A DNA stretch of 63,685 bases, the filler included, from Octopus bimaculoides (taxonomy: Eukaryota): the NCBI RefSeq assembly GCF_001194135.2. It is 7 parts of 6 records of this genome, joined end to end, with 100 filler letters (N's around TTAATTAATTAA, not from the genome) between each part and the next. Parts side by side here need not be neighbours in the genome. Positions count along the whole stretch, not along the records: positions 41,802 to 54,119 come from NC_069002.1; positions 54,220 to 61,740 come from NW_026437316.1; 5 more parts are not named here. One strand, given 5' to 3'. A program made the position numbers and the translations under genes. Positions 49,109-61,840 of the stretch are shown here, piece by piece; position 1 is the stretch's first letter; each line of letters opens with the position of its first letter. The notes beneath the pieces are model-generated. The model was not told the origin of the DNA, made no database searches, and saw only the letters and a list, made by a program, of their open reading frames with translations.

Positions 49109-49553
49109 CGAGGAGAAATCAAAATCTATTCACATTTTCGCCACAACATACCGTTTTTTATTGTCATACTGTTCTCTGCGCATGCGTGCTTATAGTTGGT
49201 ACTATTGTGGTCACGTGATCGAAGTTTGAGCCTGATTGCGCCATTTTTCTTTCTGGCTTTATAGTATAAGCATAGCCACTTCACTAGCAATGTGCACCAA
49301 AGTAGGTAAAAAAACAGTGATCTGATTTCTCTGGTCATAAGATGTATCAGGGGTTGAAATTCATCAGAGGCTTTTAGCACAATGCGGGGACAGTGTGTAT
49401 GTGTGGATCGAATTGTTTAAAAGTGACCGGACATGAAGAGGGAGCAGGATGCTCATCAGCCTCCACCACTAACAAGAAGATTCAGCAAGCGCAAGAGACA
49501 GTAATGGTGAACCGGTTATGGTGAAAGTGCGGATAATTTTTGACTTCCTTTCA
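49109..49553 (+). mobile_element. Internally deleted mariner retaining the N-terminal HTH remnant
   Basis: Imperfect TIRs of about 35 bp. MCTKVGKKTVI*FLWS*DVSGVEIHQRLLAQCGDSV..WIELFKSDRT. Confidence 0.75.
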
Positions 49554-49838
49554 TATATAAACCTCATATATATTGAAATTGTCAACTCTCTTTTGAGATA
49601 TCAATAATACAATGTTTTTGATATTTATTTCCTCGCTATTGGCACATCGCTTTGTTTAGAAAGAAGTCTCTATATTAAGATTAAATTATTACATTGACTA
49701 ATTCAATTTTAATATAGTTCCCTCTTTTCAACAGTAAATATTTTATTAAATAAGAGCGGTGTAGTAGATGGTCTAACCAGCCATTTCTTCGCCACAGGCG
49801 TTCATTTAATAAAAGCACAAAATAGCGATTTATATTAA

Positions 49839-50281
49839 CTCTTTAACATTCAAACCGGCCATATCCAGCCGAAGTGTTCTACCTGTTTTATGTTCAAACT
49901 GGCCAGATCCGGTCTCTCATACCTGCCCTACAATGCCGTTCTAACAACAAGCAATCACAGCACCGAAGTCTCGAAGCTACAAGAGAATGCACGGTTTATT
50001 CAATTGAATGTGAATTAACAAGTGTTCCATTTGATGGAGTAATCTCAATGCCGAAAGTTTAACTGTTTAGCTTGTAAACCAGCTATATCTGTTCCAATAA
50101 TTCTACCTGTTTTATGTTCAACCGTTAAGATCCGGTCCCTCACACCTACCCCATAATGTCAATCTAAAAATAGACAATCACTTCATCAAAATCTTGAAGC
50201 TATGAGATGATGCATGATTAATTCAAAGCAACGTGAATAAATAAGCGTTACATTTGACAGAGTAATGTGAATGCTAAAGGG
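49839..50281. mobile_element. Head-to-tail dimer of a 220-bp piggyBac-type MITE
   Basis: TTAA at 49835-49838, 50059-50062 and 50282-50285. Ends CTCTTTAACATTCA and TGAATGCTAAAGGG. Internal TTCTACCTGTTTTATGTTCAA occurs in both units. Confidence 0.8.
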
Positions 50282-50894
50282 TTAAAATTGTATTATTGAA
50301 TAAAATATAACCCAGTTGTTCTGGATAAGGAAGTTGATAATATATAGCCAGGCTAATAGATGATATAGGCTAACACTAATATATTATTTTTGAACAGCTT
50401 AAGGTGGTGCTCTACCATAGCCGCAGTCAAATGACTGAAACAAGTAAAAGAATAAAAGAGAAAAAGAATAAACAATACATCGCCAGGCAAAGAGATAAAT
50501 GTAATGCAGGCTAGTGGATAATAACAGATTATACATTAGTGACAGAGGCAGTATTCATACCGAGAGGTAATATCTATACCCATTTAACCGTGGATGTTCA
50601 GTTAGAACAAACTATACACTGCTTTTCTATATATCGCTGGCGGGGAGATGAGTCTATGCTATCTCTAGCAGCAGAACGTCCACCATTGACGAGACCAAGG
50701 GATGTCGAAATCACTTGATCTGGTGGAGATGGCAGGGATTTATTATCTCCCCTCTAGTGATTTAAACAAGAGTGCATCTTGCACAAAAGCCAATATGAGA
50801 GTTTCTCTTATGCTATCTACCGCAGTATAGTTTGTTCGAATAGAATATCCACGCTTAAGTGGGGATAAGTATAACCTTTCAATAACAATTTAGT

Positions 50895-51290
50895 GTAAGG
50901 CCAGTTGATAGTGGAATTGGCAGAACTGCAGCTGTATTTCAGAGAATGTGCACTCTCTGATCCTCCAATGCCGTCGACCTACACACAAAAATATGGCTCT
51001 ATAATAGCATGATTCTACTGACTGTTCTCTATGCCTGTGAGACATGGAGAAGCATGGTGAAAAATCGACAGAAAACTTAATGTATTCCATCAAACAAGTT
51101 TGAGGAAGATTCTGAGAACGTACAGGCAAGATCGTATAACTAGTGAAGGTATTCTAAAGAGATCCAACACATGACCTCTTGCCGAAATCATTACAGAACG
51201 AAGATTATAACTAGCAGGTCACACACTTCAGCTACCGGAGTAACAATGGCCAGACCAGAAAATAATACCCGGCTAGACTTGCAGGTAATA
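50895..51290 (+). mobile_element. Old RTE LINE fragment
   Basis: IGRTAAVFQRM...KIWLYNSMILLTVLYACETW...LNVFHQTSLRKIL...LAGH. Confidence 0.75.
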
Positions 51291-51969
51291 AACAGCTTGC
51301 AGATAATACATGGCTAAGTTTGAAGATAATATACGGACAGGGTTATTAGAGAATTCATGACCAGATTTGTAGATAATATTTGGCCTGATTAAAAGATAAT
51401 ACAAACTATATTAATATTACATAGCAGATTAATACACGCTAGATTAATAAAAGATTGGAGATTAATAGAAAACTAGTAAACTAATAACAACAAAACAAGA
51501 AAAGAATAAGTTCGATAATATAACTGAATCTTGTAGACTGTATATTTTGAGCAAGTAAGTAATACAACACAAGCAAGAGAGACGTAATGCTTTGTTTGTT
51601 TGTTTGTTTCTTTCTTTTCTGGAGCGGGTTAATTTCTAGTTTATTCATTGAATCAATAAGAGATATGTTACTATGTTAGACATTCGTAGCAATAACGTTT
51701 ATATCTGCCGGCTAAGTTGGTGAGTTAAATCTTTTAAGACATTTGACGATGTTTCCTATGTAACAGCCTCCGGTATACAAAAGAAACAACTTTGTTTTCG
51801 TTTTGAAAGAAAGTTGTAACTTCATTATTTTATACAGAAGCACGGATAACGCAATGGTAACATACATTATTATTTTCCCAAGAATTTAACAGGTTTCGCG
51901 TAAAAGTTGTTGATTACAAATGCATTATTACACACATATTGCAATTCTGAACCCTTTTATCAACACACA

Positions 51970-52007
<38 letters not shown>

Positions 52008-52090
52008 ATGTATATTTGCAAGCATATTTGCAAGCATATTTGCATATGAAATTATCTCTATACGTTTATATGCACACAGGGATATATCTT

Positions 52091-52144
<54 letters not shown>

Positions 52145-52719
52145 AATACATGCACATGTTTATGTGTGTGTGTGTGTGTGTGTGTGTGTATTCTTATTTT
52201 TATCAACTCAAAGAAAGAATTCAATAGAGAATAAATCATATTCTAGAAACATAAAGCATGATGGAAATAATGCGCTACTTCAATGTTTCACCTGATGAAT
52301 TGCATAATGACATGTGGGAAATGCTACGAATTGAGAGGCGTAGCTCATCATCTCAGACGTCAACTAGCATTCTCGATATGGTTAGTTCTTATCACGCGCA
52401 ATTACAATGTTGTAGAAAGAGGATAACTAAAGTTTAATTTTTAGGATTTTTTTCCCTGAAGGAATATAGTAAAAGTTCTTTCTCTTTATTTTAAATAAAG
52501 CTTGGTTGTATGAAATTAGAAGATAATATTCTTTGAATGCATATATTTTCGACTGTTTTATCAGTAAGCATAATTTATATAAAAATCGAGCAGGTGAAGG
52601 TTCATGTGCAACTTATACATACATACAACTAATTATATTCATACATACATACATACATACATATATATATATACACACATATGTATACATAGATACTTAT
52701 ATATATATATATATATGTA

Positions 52720-52900
52720 TATAGGGGGAGAATTCACAAAAAAAAACAAAAGACGAAGACAGGTGGTGTAGACAATAAACAGATGCATTAGTATAACGCT
52801 CGGGAAGTGAAAAAGTCTTTAGCGTTTCAAGCCTACGCTCTTCCACAGAAAGGAACGCAGAAAGAAACAAGGAGAGAAAAAAAAGAATTATGTAGTGGCT
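52720..52900 (-). mobile_element. PLE-like terminal fragment
   Basis: Homologous to 37860-38010, with CTGTGGAAGAGCGTAGGCTTGAAACG. Confidence 0.5.
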
Positions 52901-53040
52901 GCTAAGTTATGAGGACATAAACACACCAACACCGGTTCCCAAGCGGCAGTGGGGGACAACCACGGGCACTAAAACACACACACATAAATACATAAAAAAA
53001 ATGAGGGAAACGGAAAATGGGATTCACTAGAATCTTTATT

Positions 53041-53147
53041 AATCACAACGATCGTTTCGACCCATCTTGCATCGGTTCCTTGCGGTTGGGATGCTATACA
53101 ACTGGTTGTGTTGCATCTTCCGGTACAGATGTATCTCGTCAGGTGCC
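53041..53147 (-). ncRNA. Type I hammerhead ribozyme motif with extended helix II, probably in a PLE terminal repeat
   Basis: GGCAC-CTGACGA-GATACATCT...AGATGGGTC-GAAAC-GATC-GTT-GTGAT, followed by AATAAA. Confidence 0.65.
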
Positions 53148-53272
53148 TCGCTCAATGTACTCAGTTTCGCCTGGGTTGTATCAGTGGATGACATCAGGTA
53201 GCCATAAGCAGTGAAAATGCTTTAATCGGCATACTACAAGGTGTATACTCAAAGTCTAAACAATTATATATA

Positions 53273-54119
53273 TTGGGTCATCTCATAAGTAATGCGGCTT
53301 ATTATACTTCTTTTATTTTTCAAAATTAAGATAAACAAAGTTCTTTTTTAGTCTAAAATATACTTACCTTCATTTTCTACAATGCTCTTCCATCTCTCTG
53401 TTAGACTTGCAAGGCAGCCCCTCTTCCAAAATTCACTTGTCCGTGACGAAAAATACTCCTCCAGTACTTTTCTGATCTCGTCTACAGAATTCATATTTTT
53501 TCCATCCAAGTGATTTTGAAGACTGCGGAATAAATGATAATCAGATGGGGCAATGTTCGGCGAATATGGTGGGTGGGAGAATAGTTTCCCATTCAAACTG
53601 CTCCAGCCTTTGGAATGTCATCCTCACTGTATGCGGCCGAGCATTATCCTGATGGAAGAATACTTTTCATCTTGAAACCAAAGATGGCACACAGGTGTCG
53701 ATGAATGGTTGAATGGCCAAATCCAAGCTTCTCTGCTAGTTCATCTGCAGTTACGATGGGATTTTATTCCACCAGGGTTTGCAGGCTTCCTCGTCGAGCT
53801 CTACAGATCTTCCAAGACGAGGTTCGTCTTCTAGGCTGTAGTTTCCAGCTCGGAATATCTGGAACCACTGTTGACACTAGTTTACGCTTGTCCGATCCTC
53901 ATATACTGCGTTAATATTCCTCGCCCTTTCCGTTAAGTTGTTACTTTTATTGAACTCATAAAGCAAAATATGCTGAATATGCTCCTTTGTCACTCCCATT
54001 ATAGCTTTGAAAAAATAACTGTTAAAATCAAACTGCACTCTTCAAAACTTGCACTAAGAATAAGGGCAAGATAAAATTACTACCTGCTTTTATTGCAAGT
54101 TGATGCAGGTATATATATA
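53273..54119 (-). mobile_element. Internally deleted copy of the 7955-9405 mariner family
   Basis: TA|TTGGGTCATCTCATAAGTAATG and HPPYSPNIAPSDYHLFRSLQNHL. About 378 bp is missing relative to the first copy. Confidence 0.95.
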
Positions 54120-54219
54120 NNNNNNNNNNNNNNNNNNNNNNNNNNNNNNNNNNNNNNNNNNNNTTAATTAATTAANNNNNNNNNNNNNNNNNNNNNNNNN
54201 NNNNNNNNNNNNNNNNNNN
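54120..54219. other. Artificial 100-bp spacer
   Basis: N44-TTAATTAATTAA-N44. Confidence 0.95.
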
Positions 54220-54479
54220 GAGTGATAGATAGATAGATAGATAGATAGAGTAATAAAGAAGATAAAAGAAATGAAGGTATGGGATATACAGACATATCAT
54301 TGTCATTTAACATCTGTTTTCGGAACTGGCATGAGTTGTATGGTTTGAAAAGAACTGGAAAGTCAGAAGACTGCACCAAGCTCTGTGGTTTACTTTGGCA
54401 TGGTTTCTATGGCTGAGTGCTCTTCGTAATGCTAACCACATTACAGAGTATACTGGATGCTTTTCACATGATACCAACA

Positions 54480-54990
54480 GCAGTGAAGTCACCAAGTAAC
54501 TTGCAAGACAAGAGCCTTCATCTGAAGTTGGGGAGTAATACTGAGGGACAGAAAAAAGGAGTCATACATTAGAGGGGAAAACATGGCTACCTCAGGTGGT
54601 GAGAGTGTGGAGAGAGAGAGAGGCAAGAAAAAAGATGAAGTTGTGAAGGGAGGGGTGAGGTGAGTGAACGAGAAGTGGGAATTGGAGAGGGTGAGTGGGT
54701 TCATGAGATTGCAAAAGGTGAGATAGGAATGGAAGCCGGGAATGTAATGAGTGGGTACAGACAGAGGGTATTAGGAGGATATGTTGTGGGTAAGAGATTC
54801 AACATGGATATATTGTGGGCAGGTAAGTAAATGAGAAGAAGCTGGTGGGGGAGGTATACAGCAGGTGGAGAGAAGGGGATGCTGGAAAGATGAGTTGTGG
54901 GGAAGGTTTGTTTAGGTATAGATTGTGTGTAGAGGGCGGGCATGGACATAAAGGACATATCTTTATGGCCTATCTACTACCTCTAAGGAT
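54480..54990 (-). mobile_element. Purine-rich block, possibly a PLE 3' region
   Basis: Strong G/A skew, and the minus strand has CAGATGAAGGCTCTT. No coding support. Confidence 0.3.
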
Positions 54991-56169
54991 CCCCCTGGAC
55001 ATTTGAGGAAGTCTATTTCTTGTACCTTTATACCTGCACATCTGCTACACACAAAGACAATACATGGATGAAGAGAAGGAAAGAAATTAGTGGGAAATAT
55101 GTATAGGGAGAGGGAAATGTTAATTTTTATCATTGTTTTTGTACTGCATGAGTCATGCTGTGGGCCACGAGAGAATGAGACAACAATTGCTGGAAATAAA
55201 CAGGAATAATAATTACATTTTGCAGCTAATTTGAATTTATGAGGTGAAAAGATAAAAAAAGATATACAAAAGCATGTAAAGGTAGATTCAACAATTTATT
55301 GCTATATATAATCAGGGCCTATCTTTATCAAACTTCTATAAAATGTAAACTCAGCTTACCTCAGAAATTTTCACTGTATTTGATATTGTTACTTATTTAC
55401 AAAAATTGCATACACACATTCATTAAGAAGGCATTTCCCTAAGAAAATACTGCCATGTTTTTTGTATTTTCAGTTTTTTTCTTTAACCTTATGGTGTTGT
55501 TTTGGCCTTTGAAAATTTTATGCTATACTACAGATGATCAAACAAAAATATATTTCTGTGTGATATATTGATAATGATATATTTGACTCAAACCATTTTA
55601 ATGTCAGTTTATTCTGATCTTTTTGCAATTTTATTAGAGGTTTTTCAGAAGTGAAGTACAATATAGATCTTCACCAAAACACCAGCAATGGACAAAACAC
55701 TTTGATGCCATTTTAAATCATCTCATATGGATATAGAGGCAATAAACCAGCTACCTCAGGTGACTACTAATTATCAATTGTGTGAGTCACTTGGTGAAAT
55801 TCAAAGGGCTATCAAATGATTAGCCAATGGTAAAGTTCATGGATTTTATGCAATTCCTGCTGAGAGCTATAAACATGGAGGATAGAAAATACAGGAAAAA
55901 CTACTACCCTGTTTACCAAAATATGGGAGTACATAGTAATTTCACAAGAATTATTCCGAGAGACATAGGAGTCTTTATGAGACAAAGAATAATAGTCTCA
56001 AACCATTTAGATAAAGAACTTAATAACATTAAAAAATCCCACTTCAAAAAACACTCTTAGAGATTGAAAAGAAACTCAGACTCTTCAATAAAATAGAAAA
56101 GGAAGTAAGGGCAATGAATCCTTTCTGCAAATTTGTGAAATAATTTGCCTCAGGTGTAACTAGAAAGGA

Positions 56170-57065
56170 CTAATGCCTGGGGAAATGACTCCTTGCAAAG
56201 CTAAAAATTTCAGGTCTATCTCACTGACCTTACATATCAGTAAAGTTATAGAATGCAGGAATGCATTGTCAGAAGGAATGTGATCACATTCTGAGAAGAA
56301 AATGGTTTACTCACTGACATGCAGCATAGCTGTCATTGAGGAGGGAGCTTGCCTTATAGAGTTATTACTGCATGTCTGTGTACTGAAATAGCAACTCATT
56401 TATTTAAATGTGGATGTGATATATCTCAACTTTGCCAAAGTTTTTAATAAAGTTGATCACAGAAAGATATGTTACAAACTGCATGAGCTTGAGATAGTTG
56501 ATAAACTAGGGGAGTGAATGCATGACTTTAAAAATAGGAGTCAGGTAGTTGCAGTAAATGGTACTCTCTCTGAGTGGACATCAGTGCTTGGGGCAACCCA
56601 ATGCTGTTACACAGAGAAGAGTGCCTGAGTGCAAAAGATGAGTTGATATAAAGTTAAGCATTAGACCCAGGAGGGGGTTGCTTATACCAACCCCTAAACT
56701 AAACATTGTTACACAGTAAGAAAAATCCAATCTCTCCATCTGGAGTAAGGACCCAAATACAGTAACAGCTTAAGGTTCAAGGGTTCATGACTTTTCAGTG
56801 CCTTACCAAAAAAAAACAAAAAAACTCAGAACTACAAAGCATAGATGAGGATGTATTAAAAAAACAGTTAAATGTTAATCTAAGATAATAGATGAACCTA
56901 CATCATGGTAAAAAAATGCAAATAAAAACAGTATTGTCCAACTCTTGCATTCACTAAAATTATACACAGAGAGATCATGAAAATAAATAAACTAACAAGC
57001 ACACCAATGGTGGTACCCCAGCATGGCCGCAACCTCTACCTGAAACAAATGGAAGTAAGTATGTA
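56170..57065 (+). mobile_element. Decayed CR1-type LINE
   Basis: KNFRSISLTLHISKVIE, NVDVIYLNFAKVFNKVDH, RSQVVAVNG. 3' end GGTGGTACCCCAGCATGGCCGCAAC...TGAAACAA. Confidence 0.8.
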
Positions 57066-57724
57066 CATGTGTATGTATTTGCATGTATGTGATTGTAAAA
57101 CATTGAACAATTAATGCATTTCAAGAAGTTGTGTATAAAGACATTCCTACACCCTATATAAGTGATTCCCGTTATATATATATTAACACGGGGACCATTT
57201 ATAGGGCAGAGCAGTGTCTAAAATAGATTCCTAAAAGAAATACAAAAATATAGAAAATTATGTTCAGATATGTATAAGCATATTGTTTTACCCATTGTAC
57301 ATACAAAGATGAGGACCATTTATAGAGTAAAGTGTTATCTAAAATATAAGTCTAGAAACAATTATCAAAAGCATATTCATCGAAATACACATTGGCTTGA
57401 AAGACAAATTAATCCATAGCATATTTTTGGAAGAACAAATTTATCAAAATATCAAAATGCTTATTGGACACTATGTAACAGACAGTTTGTTTGGTGGTCA
57501 GAAAACTCTTCTGTATTACTCTTATGCCAAAGAATACAACCACACAATTTCATTTCTTTGTATGTTAGACTATACAAAGACAGACAACTTGAATTATCTT
57601 CAAATTTTTGCATATTATCATCATATAAATGAGTTGCTTATCTTTGAGATTCTTATTTAAAAAAAAACAACCTGGAAATGAAAAAGAAAATATTTCATAA
57701 GTTTAATATTTTAAAATAAGCAAG

Positions 57725-58097
57725 GTGCAGACATGATTGTGTGGTTAAGAAATTTATTTCACAACCACATGGTTCAGTCCCACTGTATGACACCATGGGC
57801 AGGTGTCTTCTACTATAGTCTCAGACCATGAGTGGATTTGGTAAACAGTGAGAAGCCAGTCATTATATATGTGTGATGCATGCTTATGTCTCCTTGTTTT
57901 GACATTCTGTGATTGTTGTAAATAAAGATTATTTACTTCCAATATTCCACAAAAACACATTAGGCCCTGGGGAAATATGAGCTTGCTTGGAAATAGGTGA
58001 GGGTTGGTGACATGAAGAGCATTTTGTTGTAAAAAAAACTAGTAAACACCATCTTACCCATGTAAACATGGAAAAGTAGATGTTAAAATGATGATGT
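57725..58097 (+). mobile_element. SINE family D: tRNA head, central GGCAGGTGTCTTCTACTATAG, RTE-like tail ending (GAT)n
   Basis: Tail GGTTGGTGACATGAAGAGCAT...CCATGTAAACATGGAAAAGTAGATGTTAAAATGATGATG resembles the reverse complement of 14426-14570. Confidence 0.7.
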
Positions 58098-58317
58098 GCA
58101 TGTATGACATACAAGCAATAGCACAAGAGCAATAATACTGTAGACGAGGGAAGGATAAAAGAAAGAGAGATGATGTGTGGGTGGGTACCAAATCAACACA
58201 CAAAGCTTTTGATCAGCCTCAGGTCATAGCAGAAAACACTTTGCCCAAGATACCACTTACTGGGACTTAACCAGGAAACGTGCTCAAGAAGCAAACTTCA
58301 ACACCCCACAGCCATGG

Positions 58318-58620
58318 CTGGCAGACAATTTCTGCGACCACATCACCCCTAACATCTGGCTACCTAACTCCCCAGACTTCAACCCCCTTGATTTTTATGT
58401 GTGGGGTGCAGTTGAGCACAAGACAGACAAAACACCTTGTAACATCAAAGATAAACTGAAGGTAAGGATTATAGAAGCATTCACCAACTTAAAAAGGAGA
58501 CCGTCCAGAAGAGTTGCAGAAAGTTCTGAAGTCATCTGAAGGCTGTGATTGAAACCACTGGCGATTTTACTAAATAAATTTACTGTTTAGTACTTCAATA
58601 TATTTTCATGTAATTTTGGG
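58318..58620 (+). mobile_element. Tc1/maT-like transposase C-terminal remnant
   Basis: IWLPNSPDFNPLDFYVWGAVE...AVIETTGDF. Confidence 0.8.
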
Positions 58621-58869
58621 CCCACGGATCATCAATATCCTTCCAAAATTCCTGAGAGGGCAGTGGCATCAAACTGCCTCATTGACCAAATATCACATAT
58701 CAGAAGAGGTTTCAAATACTGGCGTAGCACAGTCAACGGTGGTGCCTTCAGAATGACCACAGCTTTGAAGCTGAAACATTTCAAAAGATTTAAAGCTTTA
58801 TATCTGTTAAAAAGAGATGTCAATGTTATTTTCATTTTTGCATAATTTAGACAGTTTATTCACCGCACC

Positions 58870-59400
58870 CTGTATATGTATATGCATATATATTATATCC
58901 CCTATAAACAATGTCAAATTAAACAAATTCTATAATAACAGTCTAAATAATAACAATAGCTACGAAAGAAATATCACAAACAATAAACATAACCGTATTT
59001 TAAATAAATGCACATGTAAAGACAAATCCAAATGTAGGCTTAATAATAATTGCAACCTAGATAACGTAATTTATAAATGTACAGTAACCTTTGATAATAA
59101 TAATAAGAAATAATATATTGGATTCACAGCGAACGAAATTATAAGAAGAATTTCCCAGCGTTATCAGTCCTTCAAAAATCCCAAATTAATAAATTCAACA
59201 GGTCTAAGTAAATACGTATAGGAGTTGAAATCTAATAAAATAGAATACACCCTTAATTGGAATATCATTTGTAGAGCGAAGTCATATAGAATAGATAAAA
59301 AAAATGTGCTTATTATGCACAACAGAGTTTATGAAAATATTCCATTCGAGAGAGGTATTACTGAAAAGTAATGAAGAGAGAGGAATGAAATGCCGACATA
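58870..59400 (+). mobile_element. Penelope-like GIY-YIG endonuclease region, decayed
   Basis: CTCKDKSKCRLNNNCNLDNVIYKCTV...*YIGFT...STGLSKYV..LK...NWNII. Confidence 0.8.
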
Positions 59401-60847
59401 AGAATAACTTGACGTATAATAAAATGAAAAATACATAAAATTATAACCCAGTATGTTATCTCTTAAACAATTATGAGTATGTTAGTTAAATGTAGTTATA
59501 ATAGAATTTATAGTATAGTATTAGATATGGATATACGAGGAACCAAGAATTTATTAAAGAATATTACCTGAAAAGGAATAGACAGGCCACAAATAATCGA
59601 ACATAAATCTCTAAATCTTAAACACTATAAAAAAATATCCAGTTACAGCTAGATTTAAGAGCATAACATATTTCTAGTTATTATCTCCCCTTGAACTCAA
59701 CCTCTCTAATATTACTAGTCTTAGAGAATTTTTCAGAGTATTTTATTTTATCTATGTTATTCCCATAATACTTAGCGCATGACAGAGGGAGTACCCATTT
59801 ACACAGGAACGAGGAGTAATCATTATGTTGATAAGTATTCTTCCTTTGTTAATTTTTTTACTAATTTTTTTTACTAGTTTTATTCAATAAATTTATAACG
59901 TATATAGTGGTTTTTACTAAATAATCTTTTTAAATATTATTAACTTACGTTTGACATAAAAAACAGTAATTTATACTTGTATAGATAGGGGTAAATCTTA
60001 CACTAAATTATTAATTCCCATGTTTATATAGATAGGTTGTAGGATTTAATGTGTTTATAATATAGTCGTTGAGGATTTCCTTAGGTTTAGCATTTTCTAT
60101 ATATATTGGTATTGTAATTTAAGCGTTTAATTTTTTAAATAAAAAAAAATATATATTTGTAATTTATATACGTTACCGGTAACGTATTTTTCTGCAATAT
60201 ATAGATAATTTATCCTGATCACGCTATTTATTAGCATTATAGCGCGTTTGAGAATAAAAAAATATTATTTCTGTATCTTTTAATTTTATAGCATTTTATA
60301 GTAGGTTTTTTAACTGCTTATATTATTTTATTGGATATAACTTTCTATGTGTATTCCATACAATAAGGTTATCCTGAAATAGGACTTATGGTTCTGTTGG
60401 TAAAATCCCAAATTTNNNNNNNNNNNNNNNNNNNNNNNNNNNNNNNNNNNNNNNNNNNNNNNNNNNNNNNNNNNNNNNNNNNNNNNNNNNNNNNNNNNNN
60501 NNNNNNNNNNNNNNNNNNNNNNNNNNNNNNNNNNNNNNNNNNNNNNNNNNNNNNNNNNNNNNNNNNNNNNNNNNNNNNNNNNNNNNNNNNNNNNNNNNNN
60601 NNNNNNNNNNNNNNNNNNNNNNNNNNNNNNNNNNNNNNNNNNNNNNNNNNNNNNNNNNNNNNNNNNNNNNNNNNNNNNNNNNNNNNNNNNNNNNNNNNNN
60701 NNNNNNNNNNNNNNNNNNNNNNNNNNNNNNNNNNNNNNNNNNNNNNNNNNNNNNNNNNNNNNNNNNNNNNNNNNNNNNNNNNNNNNNNNNNNNNNNNNNN
60801 NNNNNNNNNNNNNNNNNNNNNNNNNNNNNNNNNNNNNNNNNNNNNNN

Positions 60848-61740
60848 AAGTGTAGTGGGTGCTTTTACGTGCCACCGGCACGAGGGCCAGTCTGGCATTA
60901 CTGGCATTGGCCACACTCAAATGGTGTTTTTACGTGCCACCTGCACAGGAGTCAGTCCAGCGGCGCTGGCAATGACCTCACTCGAATGTTTTGTTCACAT
61001 GCCACTGGCACAAGTGCCAGTAAGGCGACGCTGGTAATGATCTCGCTCAAATGGTGCTTTTTATGTGCCACCGGCAGGGAAGCTAGACCGCTGCTCTGGC
61101 AGTGATCCCGCTCGAATGGTGCTGTTAGCACTCTACTGGCATGGGTGCCAGTCATCGAATTTGGTTCAGTTACGATTACACTTGTCTCAACAGGTCTTCG
61201 CAAGCAGGGATTTGTGTCTAAAGAAGGAAAGGTACGCATAAGTGGGTTGGCTACACCCCTGGTAAAGGTCACGGGTTATGATCTCACTTGTCTTGCCAGA
61301 TCTTCTCACACACAGCATATTTCCAAAGGTCTCGGTCACTAATCATTGCCTCAGTGAAGCCTAATGTTCGAAGGTCGTGCTTCACCACCTCATCCCAAGT
61401 CTTCCTGGGTCTACCTCTTCCACAGGTACCATCAACCGCTAGGCTGTGGCACTTTTTCACACAGCTATCTTCATCCATTCTCACCAAATGACCATACCAG
61501 CGCAATCGTCTGTCTTGCACACCACAACTGATGCTTCTTAGGTTCAACTTTTCTCTCAAGGTACTAATACTCTGTCGAGTATTACACATCCATCGGAGCA
61601 TACTGGCTTCATTCCTTGCGAGCTTATGCATGTCCTCAGCAGTAACGGTCCATGTTTCACTGCCATGTAGCATGGTTGTTCATACATATGCGTCATACAG
61701 TCTGCCTTTTACTTTGAGCGAGAGGCCCTTTGTCACCAGC
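60848..61740 (-). mobile_element. RTE LINE ORF C-terminus and 3' UTR made of tandem units
   Basis: LHGSETWTVT...RRLRWYGHLVRM...GRGRPRKTWDEVV...DRDLWK, followed by five units of about 65 bp. Confidence 0.9.
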
Positions 61741-61840
61741 NNNNNNNNNNNNNNNNNNNNNNNNNNNNNNNNNNNNNNNNNNNNTTAATTAATTAANNNN
61801 NNNNNNNNNNNNNNNNNNNNNNNNNNNNNNNNNNNNNNNN
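61741..61840. other. Artificial 100-bp spacer
   Basis: N44-TTAATTAATTAA-N44. Confidence 0.95.
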
